Below are positions 1-13,489 of a stretch of DNA of 64,000 nt, piece after piece. How positions within the stretch are numbered: position 1 is the stretch's first letter; the number at the start of each line of letters is the position of its first letter. This DNA comes from Kudoa neothunni (taxonomy: Eukaryota > Animalia > Cnidaria). Under the pieces are notes generated by a model. It did no database searches. It was not told where the DNA came from and saw only the letters and a list, made by a program, of their open reading frames with translations. The position numbers were made by a program, and so were the translations under genes. The stretch is from positions 7,711,166-7,775,165 of the forward strand of contig OZ199839.1 of assembly GCA_964304625.1 (NCBI GenBank), given 5' to 3'.

Positions 1-1489
1 AAACAACAGATGGAAAATACCTGTATAATATTGATGTTCGTTTACTTCAGAGTGATAATCAATTAGAAATGAACTTTTATTCTCGATATAAAAAAAACAG
101 CTAATTATGTTATAGAATGTTTTAAAAATGTTACGCATGCCGATTTGAATAATTTTAAGACAGATAATGCCACCAGAGCCATATTTACAAGAGATGTAGC
201 ATTTCCTTTAAAGTTTGTGTCATAACCAAATTATTTCAGATATCCATTCATTTTTCAAGCACTATAGATACATTTTTGAGCAAAAATTATTTACGTACCA
301 TTTTAAATAAAACATATAATTTGAGATTATAAGTTTTTGTCATGTTGGAATAATTGGGGTCTGTATACGCATTCTAAAAATGATGTGAGATGTGTGTAGA
401 GTTTTCAAATATTTAGATTCTTGTGATAACTTCTCAAATGACAATTATGCTCTATTGGAATTTCTGAGGTTGAAACTATATTCATATTTCCATTAATTTG
501 CTACTCATTTTATTTTTTTCCTTAAGTTTTTTGCGAAACAACTGGCATAATTAATTCATTAATTTTCTATATTTGATGAGATAATTCTTTAAACCTGATT
601 ATTTCCTATCTTCAAACTTAAACGTTAATATTCATAACAACATTAAGTTTTCTTTAGGCTAAAAATAATTCAGAATGATATAATACTGTGTTAATTATTA
701 AGAAATTATTTGTTCATTCGATATAACCGACATTTTTCCAAAGTTCGCGTTAGTTTGAGAATATTTTAATAACAAGGAATTTTATGAGACGATAAAATAG
801 TACGTTTATTATTAAAGAGGAGCACTCTTTTGAGAAAACTCAATGACTTTTAAACATTACCGTAAGTTTTCAAATTAAAAACATATTTACATTTTAGATT
901 TAACCATATTTTGTTAATTAAATTATATTTTTTTAAACAATAAACAATTGTTTAAAGTAAGGCTGCATTTATATAAAAATCTGGAAATTATTTTAAAATA
1001 ATGAATACGTAAGTTACCACTCACAAATTATTAAAACCTCATTAACATCCTTTAAAAAATTGCAAAAAAGGAGTAATAATTAATATTTTTATTTCTGACT
1101 CACCTTAGATCGATTTTATCTTTTTTATCGTTTGTAGACTAATAATAAATTTTATAGCTAGAAGGATTAATTTTTATCACCAAATTTTGAAAAGAACTGA
1201 AAGTCCTATTTAAGTTACTTAATGACTTTGTTTAATAAATAAATGAACTTTAATCGTTAATTAAATATCTTATAAAATTAAGGTCATTGTATTTTTGGTC
1301 AATAATTTGTAAAATAAACTTAAAAATACTCATTAATTTCTCTCAATACCTCTATTTATATTTGAATGTAAAGTGTGCGCATATTTTTGTTTATCTAAAT
1401 GAGCACATTGCAGACATAACGACAAGCTCTAAAATACTTCAATTAAAATAGAAAAATAAAATTAAAAGTTAAAATTTTCCATCACAGTA

Positions 1490-1520
1490 CCAGGCAAAGC
1501 TGGGCATTAGCAGCGCTAGT
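1490..1520 (+). mobile_element. Helitron-like 3' terminus (short hairpin + CTAG)
   Basis: CCAG-GCAAAG-CTGG hairpin followed 12 nt later by CTAG|T, the typical Helitron 3' end layout. A similar motif lies on the minus strand at 42613-42641. Confidence 0.4.
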
Positions 1521-1606
1521 CAAATACAAAACATTAAAAAATCACTCGCTAATGGAGAAAAGGCTAATTCGTAAGTTTATATCACAAAAATACACTAATA
1601 AAAATG

Positions 1607-1969
1607 TTATTTATCAGCTTTTAACTTTTTCCATTTGTTTCTACTAGATCTTTTCTTGGAAACTCTTTTTTTCATAACTTTACTCACGTGTTCAGGGTCG
1701 TCGTACACTTTGCTACCGGCCACTCGGTTCATTGCATTCTTATAGCTCTCTTTTGTAAGCTGTCTATTGATCGACTTTGCTGTAGTTTTATCAGACGAAT
1801 TGACCATTTTTTTCTTGGCATCTATAATTTTCAACGATTTTTTCAAAACTTTTGTTTTCGACGCTCCCTTTCTTTTCTTTAAATTTTCATCGTTCACTAA
1901 TCTTGTGAATTGCATGTGATTACATTTTATTTCACCGGGTTTGTCCCGTTTGTCTACGCTATTGCTCAT
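1607..1969 (-). CDS. SURF6: Miniature SURF6/Rrp14-family nucleolar ribosome-biogenesis protein
   Basis: Lys-rich 120-aa ORF ending AMNRVAGSKVYDDPEHVSKVMKKRVSKKRSSRNKWKK, matching the SURF6 C-terminal pattern A..R..G.KV.DD...L.K..K...K.K.S...W. Confidence 0.65.
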   Translation of the reverse strand: MSNSVDKRDKPGEIKCNHMQFTRLVNDENLKKRKGASKTKVLKKSLKIIDAKKKMVNSSDKTTAKSINRQLTKESYKNAMNRVAGSKVYDDPEHVSKVMKKRVSKKRSSRNKWKKLKADK

Positions 1970-2329
1970 CGCGTTGAAATAACGAGTTGCGCACGCATTT
2001 CAAATATTTTCAGAAAAGTTAACCCATAGCGGGACCAATGTTTGGATTTTATATATAATTAATAAGTCATTAATAAACAACACAAGTGCAATTGTGTTTT
2101 AAATATTAAATATTTGATGAATAACGACTGAAATCGTAATTGGCCTGAAGCAACGAAAACTGCCGACGCGCTCTGCTATTTTACAATAGCATGTTCGTAT
2201 TTGCGATGTACGAAAAGAAAATGCTTTAATTCAAAGAAATCTATAATATTTATGATTTATAGAATTTTATAGAGCAATTCATATGTATATTGCATTTGAA
2301 GTTCATACATTATTTTTTTCGCAAATGAT

Positions 2330-3220
2330 ACATCTACGTTTCCTTTTCGTAGAGTGGGTATTAAATATTAAACATTGAGCAGGGGGTTTTTCCACAATTG
2401 TTTAGTCTGGATTTTTGATAGTGATGATGTTCTCGTAATATTTTCATTATCATCAACGCTGATCAAACATGTTACAATATTTCTGAGTTGGTTTAATAAT
2501 TTGATTTTTTTCATTATTTGTATACGTGACCAATTTATATGAGTTTACCACAGCCATCGATAACATATTGGTATACAAGAACCAGTATCATTTCTTTGAT
2601 TTTGTGTTGATTCGGTAGCATGAAACAAAAGCGTCAGCACCATCGACTCCTCTTATTGATTTGTTATACATATGACAGATGTGAGATCGGGAAAAGTTTT
2701 CGTATCTTTCTTTACATTGGAAATAACGTCGGATTTGTTGATAAGATTCGGCATTTAGTTTATTACTCATTAGAACTACACGTTGTGTGTCCCTCCAATA
2801 TATATAATTAATGCCGAAATCTTTATCTTTAAATTGAAATGTTTCATAGAAACTTCTCAATTTGTTTTCCATTGCTTTTTTTGAGATATTGAAGCGTATG
2901 GAAGTACGATTAATTCTCATGGTGTCAGTTGTTTTGAGAGACCCTTCTTTCAATTCAATAAACAACCTATAAGAAGTAAAATAATTGTCTGTATAAATAT
3001 GAGCGTCAGATCTGTCCTAAAGATCATCCTTAAAATTCAACACAACATTACCTGCGAGGCTAAAATATTTATCATATTTCGTTGGCCTGCCCGTATAAAC
3101 AGCAGAGCTATAGACGAATCCATTAGTAGATGCTGACATGTATTGCTTAAAGCAAATTATTTTCCTCTTATAAACATTTTACATGAGTGGTGACCTGTAT
3201 ATGGAACCATCTGTTTGTAG
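2330..3220 (-). pseudogene. Decayed piggyBac transposase fragment
   Basis: ORF 2588-2965 contains YNKSIRGVDGADAFVSCYR (piggyBac YN..MGGVD..D motif) and WRD...V.LMSN. An upstream YTDNYFTS motif lies near 2975-2995. Frameshifted. Confidence 0.75.
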
Positions 3221-4479
3221 AGGCAAACTGTGTTGAGGAAAATATCACATGTTTTAAGAACGAATCTCTGCTTTGTGGGTGAACCTAAATTTTTTGGTTT
3301 CTTAGAAAGAATTAACTAGACATTAAAAATCAATTTCCTTATTTATTTTTTTAAATTGCATATAAATTAAAACTTATATTTATTGGTTAAATTCCGGTTT
3401 TAATAGGCGGAATAATTACGTTAATCTCCGCAGTGAGAAATATGGTTTATAATATGCTCTGATCTATCCTTGAATTATAACCTTGATCGTTTAATCGAGG
3501 TTAAAAGGTAGTAACGTTCTCGTCGCTCGTGATCTAAACGATTTTTCGAATACTTTAGAACAATTGTAGCATATTATTGTGTCATGTTTGTTATACACAT
3601 TCTAACATACACTAAAGAGATCCACAGGGGAAATTCTCCATAACGTATGAATTTAACGTCAAGTTGGGACAGTGGCTATTGACACAATAAGTAATTTCTC
3701 AAAAATTACTAATAGTTCAAGTCTGAAATTTTATATATTGTTTTATATTAAATCGTTGAATTTGGTCAAAAAAGTTGTTCATCTAATTTTGGGTTATGAC
3801 ATTTTCACTAAATTCAACTAATAAATAATATATAAATTATTTATTTTTATATATATTATTACATCGAGCTATAATGTATATTTTAAAGTAAAATTTGAAA
3901 GAATATCTTCTTTGTAACATTAGAAACGAGCTGATTAAATTTAAGTCGTGATATCGACAAAGTTGAATTCTGGCGTTGCAAAGTTAGCAATAAATATACC
4001 AAAACATTCGTAATCAATGTGAAAGTTAACAATTGACTTTAATATAATTAAATTAATTGGAATTTTTATTTAATTTGGCAGAGGCTTTTCCTTTTTCGTT
4101 GTCTCTTAATTGCTGTCAAGCCATAACCTTTAGGCCTTCCGACTGCCTCAACTTTACAAGGAAATGTAAGACCTAAAACGTAATAATACTTTCTACATTA
4201 AGTTATATACCTTTTATTTCTGGAGGATGTATTGATTCTCTGTTTTCGACATCAGTTATGTACGGATTAGGGGCGGTTCCAATTACAACAAGATTACTTT
4301 CTAATTAAACAAATTTGTTGTGTTTTCATAACTTAAATTTATGCTATACCTGAGGAAGTTGGTGCAGTGAAGTCAACGTCACCATCATACCCATCAATAC
4401 CTGCCTCTAAGAGTGTGCCAAACTCTAAATTAAATCATAGTTTTCAAAAATAGAAACGTTCTACCTATCAATTTCTTCA

Positions 4480-5980
4480 AAACCGCCAGATTATGATTTT
4501 TAATAATGTTTTCATACACTTTGAATAATTTGATGCAGTGATCGAAATATTCCCCCAATACTCTGCAGAAGACGAGGATAATTTATTGGTATATACATTA
4601 GTCAACTTCATGTGTTTGGAAAAAGTGGTTACAATATCATGTGGTTTTTTTATATCAATACCATTTGGGATGGTGTTTTGAGTTGAGTCATTTGTAGTTT
4701 TGACAAAATTTGACATATGTTCTTTGTTCCATCTGGGATCTGGGATGATATATATTGCTATATATGTGGGTCAAATTTTGTTTGCATCTTTCTCAATTCT
4801 TTAATTACAAGTTTACAGGAGAATGAAGTTAAGTGATCCCAATACTTTTTTTCAACCTCATTCTCAATATTCCTATAGGATGTCTTAGATAATTCGGTCA
4901 TTATACGGCAAATTTTTTCTGTTCTGAATAAATTCAAAATAATAAAGAATTTATTTATCACGCACTTCAGTTTTGAATTAAGAGCGTCTAGTCGATTATT
5001 TGTTAAATTATTGTAAAAGTGTCGAGCTTTACTGAATGATATGATCCATTGTGATTTAATTGGACCCCAATTTTTCTTGAAATAGATATTGAAATCCAAA
5101 ATATTATAACTATAGAGTTCATCACATAAATTTTCATATTCCATTACATTTTTAGCATGCATCATTTTTTTAAGGGTGAATAACATGGATTCTTTTGTTT
5201 CATTATTAATATTATATTTCGTAAATTTTAACTCTCGTTGAAAAACCTGTATAACGTGAAATTTACAAATAAACATTTCGGCATTGGGAAAATGGTTCTT
5301 CATAACTTTTCGAAACTTTAAATCCTTATCAGTAACAACCGAGAGGATTTTTTCTTTTATCCAAGGAACAATTGAAATCAGTTCATTAATGTACCAGTCA
5401 ACTACTATTTCAGTCTCCTCAAATATTATACATGCACTATTTAGATGTGTCAAACCTATAGAGTCTTCAGAAACCATCAGATACAAGGGAACCCTAAAAT
5501 TAGATAGAATAGATAGATAACTTTAATATTATGTGTAGACTTCAATGTTATCATTACGATCTAATTTTTGTTGTGGAGGCAAAAATTTAAAAAAAGTTGA
5601 GTTGGTTTCATGATTGTGGCTTAAATTGGATGATTTTACTTCGAGTGTTTGTCCGTCTGAACTTACTCTCGGTGATACATGAACAGGACAGGTGCCTTTC
5701 ATGGTTTGTTTTTCTCGAATACCCTTTGACCTGTCTCGATATTGGTCACTAAAATAACAAACATATTTGACGGAGTAGTAATTTAAGTTTTAGTTGAATT
5801 TTTCCATGAGGGCTTGCTTTAGGTTTGATAGTTTTTTTGAGTCACGCTTAATCAATAAACAACTTGATTGTGTACAAAATTTAGTATTAACGCTTCTATT
5901 TGCCATTTTCCGTACGTGCGCTGCATAATTTTTTACTTTAATTCTAAAAGTTTTCTTATTAAAATTACTATTAATCAATA
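4480..5980 (-). pseudogene. Decayed MULE (ZSWIM3-like) transposase
   Basis: ORF 4758-5486 has VVTDKD....V....FP.A...IC.FHV and TNNRL.A.N, the MULE D/CxxH/E-region motifs. Neighbouring ORFs are broken. Confidence 0.75.
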
Positions 5981-7031
5981 TTTACCTAATATATGTTTAT
6001 ATGAGACAAGGGTAACAATTTTAACTTTCTAATTCTCTTCAAACTAAACGTAGTTTTTTCAGTAAGTATTAGTGAAGTCAATCAACAAATTTTGTAACAT
6101 AATAGATATTTTAGTAGATAAAAATGTGTTAAAACAATATATAAAATTACAGACTCGAATTATTAGTAATTTTGGAGAAATTCATTGTCGTATCAATAGC
6201 CACCGTCCTTAAGTTGGTTAAAGAAATTTGTTAATATCGAAATTGTCATTAAAAAGACTGACAAACAATTTTTTTAATCGATAGTTATTTCATAATGTAC
6301 ATTATTATGAGTTAGATTCATCAACTCTATTGTTAGTATAAACCGCCATTTTCGATAATTTCAATGTTTTTAAGCGATATCTTTTTTAAGGATTTTGTTG
6401 TTATAAGGAAAGACCGTTTGATGAGCTTTTGGCAGGTCTCGAAAAAACATTTTTTGCCAACTTATATTTTAATATTTAGATTATTGCCGATAATTCTGAT
6501 TGATTTTTATAGATTGTAAGAATCAATTATTTTACGTATTCTTCTAACTCATCAACACCAATCTAATAACCAGATTTAAGTATCAACTTTATAATCGTCA
6601 AATTCCTAACTTATAATTTTTCGGAGTACTCCATTATATTCATTTTTGTTAAAGTATTGAAAAGAGGACAATTTTTCATTGATCAATTCTTTTATCTCTG
6701 AAACCACTAAATCTCTTAGATCTTTATCTAAAGTTTCAACTTTTTAAAGTTTGGACTCAACGCCGAAATTTTATCATCATAAATTACATCTGAAAAGTTT
6801 GATCGATCAAGTGATGAGATTTCTGTTTTTAAGTGATATAACACGTCGTTGTCTTTATTTGAATGTTCATTCATCATACTTTGAAATTTGTGATATATTT
6901 TCAACAACTATACAAAATTATAAAAATCGACTGGATTTTGTGTAGTCTTGTTATGAAATAATATATGGATTATATGATGAATACTCGGTGTTTTGATGGT
7001 TTCTAATTCATTTAAATATTCGATAAATTAA

Positions 7032-8797
7032 CCCTCTAAGCTATCGAAAAATTCCATCCTCTAGGGGGCTTGGGGTGAAAAACACCCCATCTTTTTTTCC
7101 GTTAAGTTTCCTCAAAAAATTTACATTTATCGTTCAACTTAATCTGGTTCAGTATTGTTCGGTTTAAGGTTCGTGACTCACAACGAAAAATAGAGCCTAA
7201 CGTTAAGTAGCGTAAAAAAACAAGTTTGAAACAAATCATATAATTTTAAAATTTTAAGGATAGATAATTATTACGAGTGATCGTAATCAGCATTTTCTAG
7301 GTGAATGAAGCCGGAAATAATAACGTTCGCAGTTTGAACATTTGCTAGATGTTTTTTTATCATTTTGGTGAGGACAGCAGGCACAACGCTCTTTTTTGGG
7401 GGCGGTTGGTATATTCTTTAAGTCATCTCCTTCAAAAATGTACGTCTTAATTTTGTATAATGCAAACGCATTAATTAAGGATAGATCAACCATGTTATAA
7501 AATACGATCATTGGCTATCTGTTGAATCGGCGCACAGATACGGATGCCAACATTCTATCGACCGTGTCCACACCTCGTTTTTTTTATTGTACCAGAGTAT
7601 AGTCTGCGATTTTTTATTATCTTCAGATATATCGACGTTAAATGTCCCCGTTGACAGAATAATTACACGCTTGTTCTTTTTGTTCATGTAGAACGTCAAC
7701 ATATTTTTTTTTAAATGCAAAGGTAGTGCTATGTAATTCTCTACCTTTGGACGGAAGAACACACGAAGGAAGGTCTCTTTTGTTTTTCCGTATGGTTCCT
7801 AAGTATGTTAAGCGTTTCTCAAATGGTTTGGTCGATAGTTTGATAGACGAGAAAAAATCATCCGCCACAATTGTTCTGCCTGTATGGCACAATGGAGTCG
7901 CCAGCGATAGCACAATATTTTCACCAACGCTGGAGGATCGACTAACTTGGTCTCCATTTTTTCAAAGATATGGGAAAATATTTATAAAGTGGCTGTGTAC
8001 CGGATCCACAAGAAGAAAAATTTCAATCCGTATTTTGCCGGTTTCAGCGGCATATACTGCCTAAAAGGACATCGTCCTTTAAAAGAAATCAACTGCTCAT
8101 CCACATGCTCCATAAATGGCGAATAGGACAAAATTTGTCTTATTCTCTCCTTTGTGCTCTTGTGGTTATATCATCAAAATGAAGACTTTGCAGTATTTGC
8201 TTAAAGCGATTATAGGAGAAGAGTTGGTGATATATTTGTTTTCCCTCAGTTAAACTAAAAAGTTCCAATAGAGGCTCTTCTCTATCTTTATGGATAGTCA
8301 TCAATATTAGAACCCCCAAAAATCCTTTGAATTCTGTCTCGTCTAAATCAATCCAAGAATCACGAAACTGAGATTTTCCAAATAGATTAATATATTTAAT
8401 AATTTCTTGACAAATATGATTCGTAAAAAAAATAACGAAAAAATCTAAAATATTTTGGATCCTTTGTAAGGCATATGCCGTTGGGCCAGGATGAGAATCC
8501 ATTATGTTTTCAATCGAAGTTCTTGACGATGTTGGTTGTATCATCTTCAGCACCTTCATTATCAGATATTTCATCAGAAGTGCTCATTGTAATTCAACTA
8601 CCAGAACAGCCGAACACGTGAAATCTTCGGATTCAAATAATCTCGCTTGTTCACATACCCAAATTGGCGCATAATTAAAAAAATTAAATTTCGTCGATAT
8701 AATTTTCTAAAAATATATAAATCAACTCAAAATCACTTTTTGAGGAAATTTAACGAAAAAAGGGTGGGGTGAAATACACCCCAAATCCGTTAGAGGG
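7032..8797 (-). mobile_element. piggyBac element with TIRs, TTAA TSD and a frameshifted transposase
   Basis: TTAA|CCCTCTAA (7028-7039) and TTAGAGGG|TTAA (8790-8801). ~60-bp subterminal inverted repeats contain GGGGTG...CACCCC palindromes. ORFs 8140-8574, 7638-7913 (ADDFFSS, GTIRKNK) and 7287-7511 (Cys-rich tail). Confidence 0.9.
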
Positions 8798-9454
8798 TTA
8801 ATTAGAAAATATTTTTAAGCCTTTTTTCTTTCTTCAATCACAAAAATATTATAAATGTTTCACCCAATATAAACTTTGAATATGTCGTATCGATGAAAGT
8901 GCGTATTATAGGTTGTCTACTGTAGTTGATTTATTGCATGTTTTCCTCCGTAGTGTCGCGCGTGAAACCATAAAAATTACGAACCACCCATCAACCACTA
9001 TAGAACGATTTAAAAGAATGATCGACTTTTTAGTATATTTTCCTTACCAATAGATCAAGCTTTTTTACACCTGATGAAACTCTTAGTAAGATAGTAAAAC
9101 GTTATTTTGGCTTTTTGTCCATCTTGGATTGTTATCGGATGAATGAACATGAATATGACATTAAAAATCACTACAAAATAAATTTTCCAAATATATCTCG
9201 CAAAAGGCTTTAATTTTACGTACCAATTCTGTTGTATCTTTTAAAACAGTAAAACTATGCGTCAGTTTCATCGATTTCAGTTTTTTATCTCAAACAAACT
9301 TATTTCTTATTTCAATATTACTTGCGATACTCAATTCGATGATTTGGATTAAGAGTACTATTTGACCTAGTATTCATATATTTCCTTCTCGTAGAAAGGA
9401 GATAATCATCATAAATTAAGGAAATGTTTTCTATTATTTTCTAAATTCCTTTAA

Positions 9455-10376
9455 TCCTTTCATGCCTATTGTGCGGTATACTGAACATTTAACTATTGCT
9501 TCGCATTCAATACAGACATATAATTTCAACTCAAACAGACGTTTAAAAATAGTTAATATTATATTTTTTAAGAAACTATATGTGTATTAATTTGCAAACC
9601 GAATTATATTATTTTCAGAAATAATACGATTTTAATTCCTGTCACTAAACTGAACAACAGGAACTCGTGGACCTATTTTTGGCCAATCGCAATGGATTAC
9701 GAAACAGATATCAGTCAGAATTTACCAGAGGAATTATGCAATATAAACGATGAATTTGAAAAGTTAGATCATTTAATCCACACCATCGATTATTTCAATC
9801 AATTTGTTGATGATGATTTTGTTGAATTAATTGTAACCGAATCAAATCGATACGCCACACAAAATAATCCGAATTCCAAGACAAACAAATTATTCCCTTT
9901 AAGGGTAAGTGCTGGACAAAACAGTACATATCAAATAAATCCTCCAAATGGGGAATAGATATGATAGGCGGAAAATAACGCCTTAAAGTCGAGTGACTAG
10001 CTATTGTATCTTGGACAAAATTCCATGAATAATGTTAACAAGAGTAAATTTTTAGATTTACTTTCGTTCACATAATCAATCTGTAAATCATTGTTGTATA
10101 AAAACCAAACGTTAATACAATCTCGAAAACGTGGTCGTCCGGTTAATGACTCTAATTCACAAAACATAATGGTATCTACGCCAGGTAGATGCAGAAATTG
10201 TGGAACACTCAAATAATTTGCATGAAATGTGGCGTTCCTTGCTGTCTTGTAAAAGGTAGAAATCGCTTTTATGAGTATCAAAATACTTAAAATTATTGGT
10301 TTATTGATTACCACCAAGTCCCATTGTTCAGTCTACTGAACAAAACTTATAACTTAAAAATTCAGACATGAAGGGG
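9455..10376 (+). mobile_element. Internally deleted piggyBac element
   Basis: TTAA|TCCTTTCATGCCT ... AGACATGAAGGGG|TTAA. ORF 9692-9958 has YF.QFVDDD.VELIV.ESNRYA, and a C-terminal Cys-rich remnant follows. Confidence 0.8.
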
Positions 10377-10419
10377 TTAAGAATCGTAATGTTTAATTAT
10401 ATTTTCCACGCGATTTTAA

Positions 10420-13400
10420 CCTTCTGAGCGCTTCTAAAACGACTATACACTTGGTGCTTTTGGGGTCTATTAGACTCCATTTTATTATTTAATGTTATGA
10501 ATCTAAATAAATTTTGACGAAATATTATGTAATAAGAACTTTCAAAAATATTTAAGATAATGTTTTATAAATTATCTCGTATATAATTAATTAAATTAAA
10601 ACTTTACGGCACAACAAAATAGGTATCAACAAAATGGACTAAAAGGTCTCTAATGTTCAACTTAAAAGCGTATATCAATGTTAAAGTTAAAATTTGCTTT
10701 CTTTGGCCTTCCCTATTATTATATGTGAGTTTAAGCGAACGGTATCATCATTATTAATATCAGATCTACAAAAAAATCAATGCTCTATCTTTAATTAACA
10801 ATTTATTATATACGTCAAAACATAAATCTCATTCTGTTAGATTATCTAACACATGCTAGCGCGGCTTCCACATGTATAACTTTATATTATTATCGTAGTC
10901 GCGTGATAGTTAATTTAACACAGTCCGCACAAATTTGAAAATTATAATGTAATCCAGACATTTATTTGTGCCCAATTAACGGTTAGAACAAACACGTTCG
11001 GAATGTTCTTCACAGCAATGTTTCTTGGGATTACAGGATTTTTTGGAACAATATTAGTGCTATTAGGATTTCCTGCTCTTGATTTAGTTACAAATTTGGC
11101 GCCATGAAACTGCTGAAGGAATGGAATACCTTTCTAAACTGGCGGAGGTAAAAATCCGATCAATTGTATCAATAGCTCATTAAATTTAGTTATAATAATT
11201 GATGCTACCTGGTTCTTTTTTTTCATCGTTCAATATATTTAAATAAGCTGCTGAATTGGCTAAAATTAACAAATTATGATTTTAGGGACTTAACTCTTTC
11301 GTCCCCAGTGTCCACTTTGGTGAACAAAAATTAATTTGCTTATATATTTATGCACATTAATTATTAAAGAATAGTTTATGAATATGTTAAACATAAGTTG
11401 TTATTCTATATATTAAATGAGATAAAATATTAATAAATGCTTTATGGTCATTTTTATTTGTGATGCAATCCTCCCTTTTTATAACGCTTAAATAATCTAT
11501 AACATTTGGAAAAATAAGTATCAATAAATCATAAAATGTTACTGAAAAAAATTTAATTAGTTCGTGATTTAAATATACCAAAAAACACACAAATCTACAT
11601 GTGGGTATTACAGTGGATCACGATATTGCTTTCAGTCAGAAAGAAAATGGAAAAACCATCACTGAATTAATTGTATTTCCTGATGCGGATAATTCAGAAC
11701 AGGGTGTGATGAAAAATATCAAGATTCCAGTGATTCCGAATCTAGCAGAAAATTTAGAAATCAATGAGACAATTTTTAGCGGCTTGCAAGACCTCGTACT
11801 GCCCATTGAGTATTTCAAATTTTTTTTCACTGATGAGTTGATATCGAATATTGCATATGAATCAAATCTGTGCGCTACTTAACAAAATACCAATCTCAAA
11901 ACTGATATTAAAGAAATAAAAAAATATCGGGGGGTTTTGATTATTATGGGGATAGTAAGAATGCCGAGGTATCGATGTTATTCGCCCAAATACGAAAAAT
12001 TCGCTAAGATAGACCTTTGTTAGATTTGTCTGAGCATCGTTTCTAAAGATTGAGCCCAAAGAAACCAACGAAACGGGAGTTTAAAATGTTTGCGAGATGT
12101 GGCGTTAGTGGTTTGGTTTACGATTTTCATCTTTACGATAGACGAAAACCTGCCGTCACCAAAAGCTGTGGTCTTTTATCTGGCTATTTTGTCATTTTAT
12201 ATTATGAAACGTAAGTGCAGAAAGTATTATTTTAGAATGTTTTTTGGGCTCTAAACACATGCATGGTTAACGCTTAGCTATTTTAAAAACGAAATTGTTC
12301 CGTGAGACGTAACGATAAGAATAAAGTAATGGATTAGTTGGATTTTTCTTTTAAAAGTTAGTGAAAGTTTTATCTACCATCAAGCAATGACTACTCAAAC
12401 GAAACGTGGTAGACCTTCACTTAATCAAACTGATGACGGAAAAAATTACGCCAACATCGATAAAAAAAGAACGAAAGCTAATCCATTGAGTGATGAAATC
12501 TGTCTGGACATGGTTGGACATTTTCCTGAAATAATGACAACACATTCAAGATGTAGGGGTTGCCAAAAAAAGACCAAAATTAAATGTATGAAATGCCATT
12601 CATTTCGTTGTCTTAAGAAAGAAAGGAATTGTTTCTATAACTTTCATAATATAGTGTAAAAATATTTTAATTTTCTTATGTGTTCTTTTTTTGCGCGTAA
12701 CCAATGCGCGAATATGCCGAGGTGAATAAATACTCATTGTCCATCTTAGTGGACAGATTAAAAAAGGCTTTAAATTGTTGTTAAATAATTTTTGTTTAAA
12801 ATATAAATTTTAAATTATATATAATTTTATTATTAATTTTACATAGCAAAATTTCATGTGAACAACAAAATTTGGGAACGAAAGAGTTAAGAGACCAGAA
12901 TTTTCTTTTCATGAAATAAAAAAGTGTGCTAAATGACTCCTTTGTTTTCTTTTTTTTTCATTATACGCGGAACGTCCCTCTTATTAGCTTTGAGTGTTCT
13001 AACCATGGTAAGAACCATTTTCAATAGCTAAAAGCTTTTTGCAGCAATGATTGTAATAATGAAAGTCAAACATATTGGCATTACACGCAACATTTCCGTA
13101 AAAATTGTCATCCAAAAATATGTCATAAAATCCGTTATATGAAGGATTCTCTGAGCTGCAACGTTCGTAAGACCAGATAAGGTTATTGTCATCATATTCA
13201 GACAAATCAGTGGCAGAATCATTAAAATCAGAGGAATCGATGATTTTACTTAAGTTGGAATTATAATAAATGGAATGTATCTCATTTTTCTCTTTATTTC
13301 GTCAATAGATTTTGCTAATATTCTTAATTCCATTTTATTATCATTTTATGTATAAAATGATAAAATATAATTGTGGGGTTTATTAAACCTCAGAAGCAAC

Positions 13401-13489
13401 AAGTGTAGAATTTTTATTTTATTTTATTTTTCATTCATTAATGATAATTCCAAACTAATTTTTAATAGACCCCAAAAGCACTCGGAAGC
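10420..13489 (-). mobile_element. Non-autonomous piggyBac element hosting a nested piggyBac
   Basis: TTAA at 10416-10419 and 13490-13493. Inverted repeats CCTTCTGAGCGCTT..GTGCTTTTGGGGTCTATTA and TAATAGACCCCAAAAGCACTCGGAAGC. Cys-rich remnant at ~10980-11050 on the minus strand. Confidence 0.7.
11294..12886 (+). mobile_element. piggyBac element (deleted, decayed transposase)
   Basis: TTAA|CTCTTTCGTCCC ... GGGAACGAAAGAG|TTAA. ORFs 11601-11882 (PIEYFKFFFTDELI..IA.ESN) and 12387-12659 (GHFP...RCRGC..KT.IKC.KC...CL...RNCF..FH). Confidence 0.9.

Noticed and set aside
1-330. Coding-like fragment at the window start
   Set aside because: It is interrupted by stops, truncated by the window edge and not assignable to a family.
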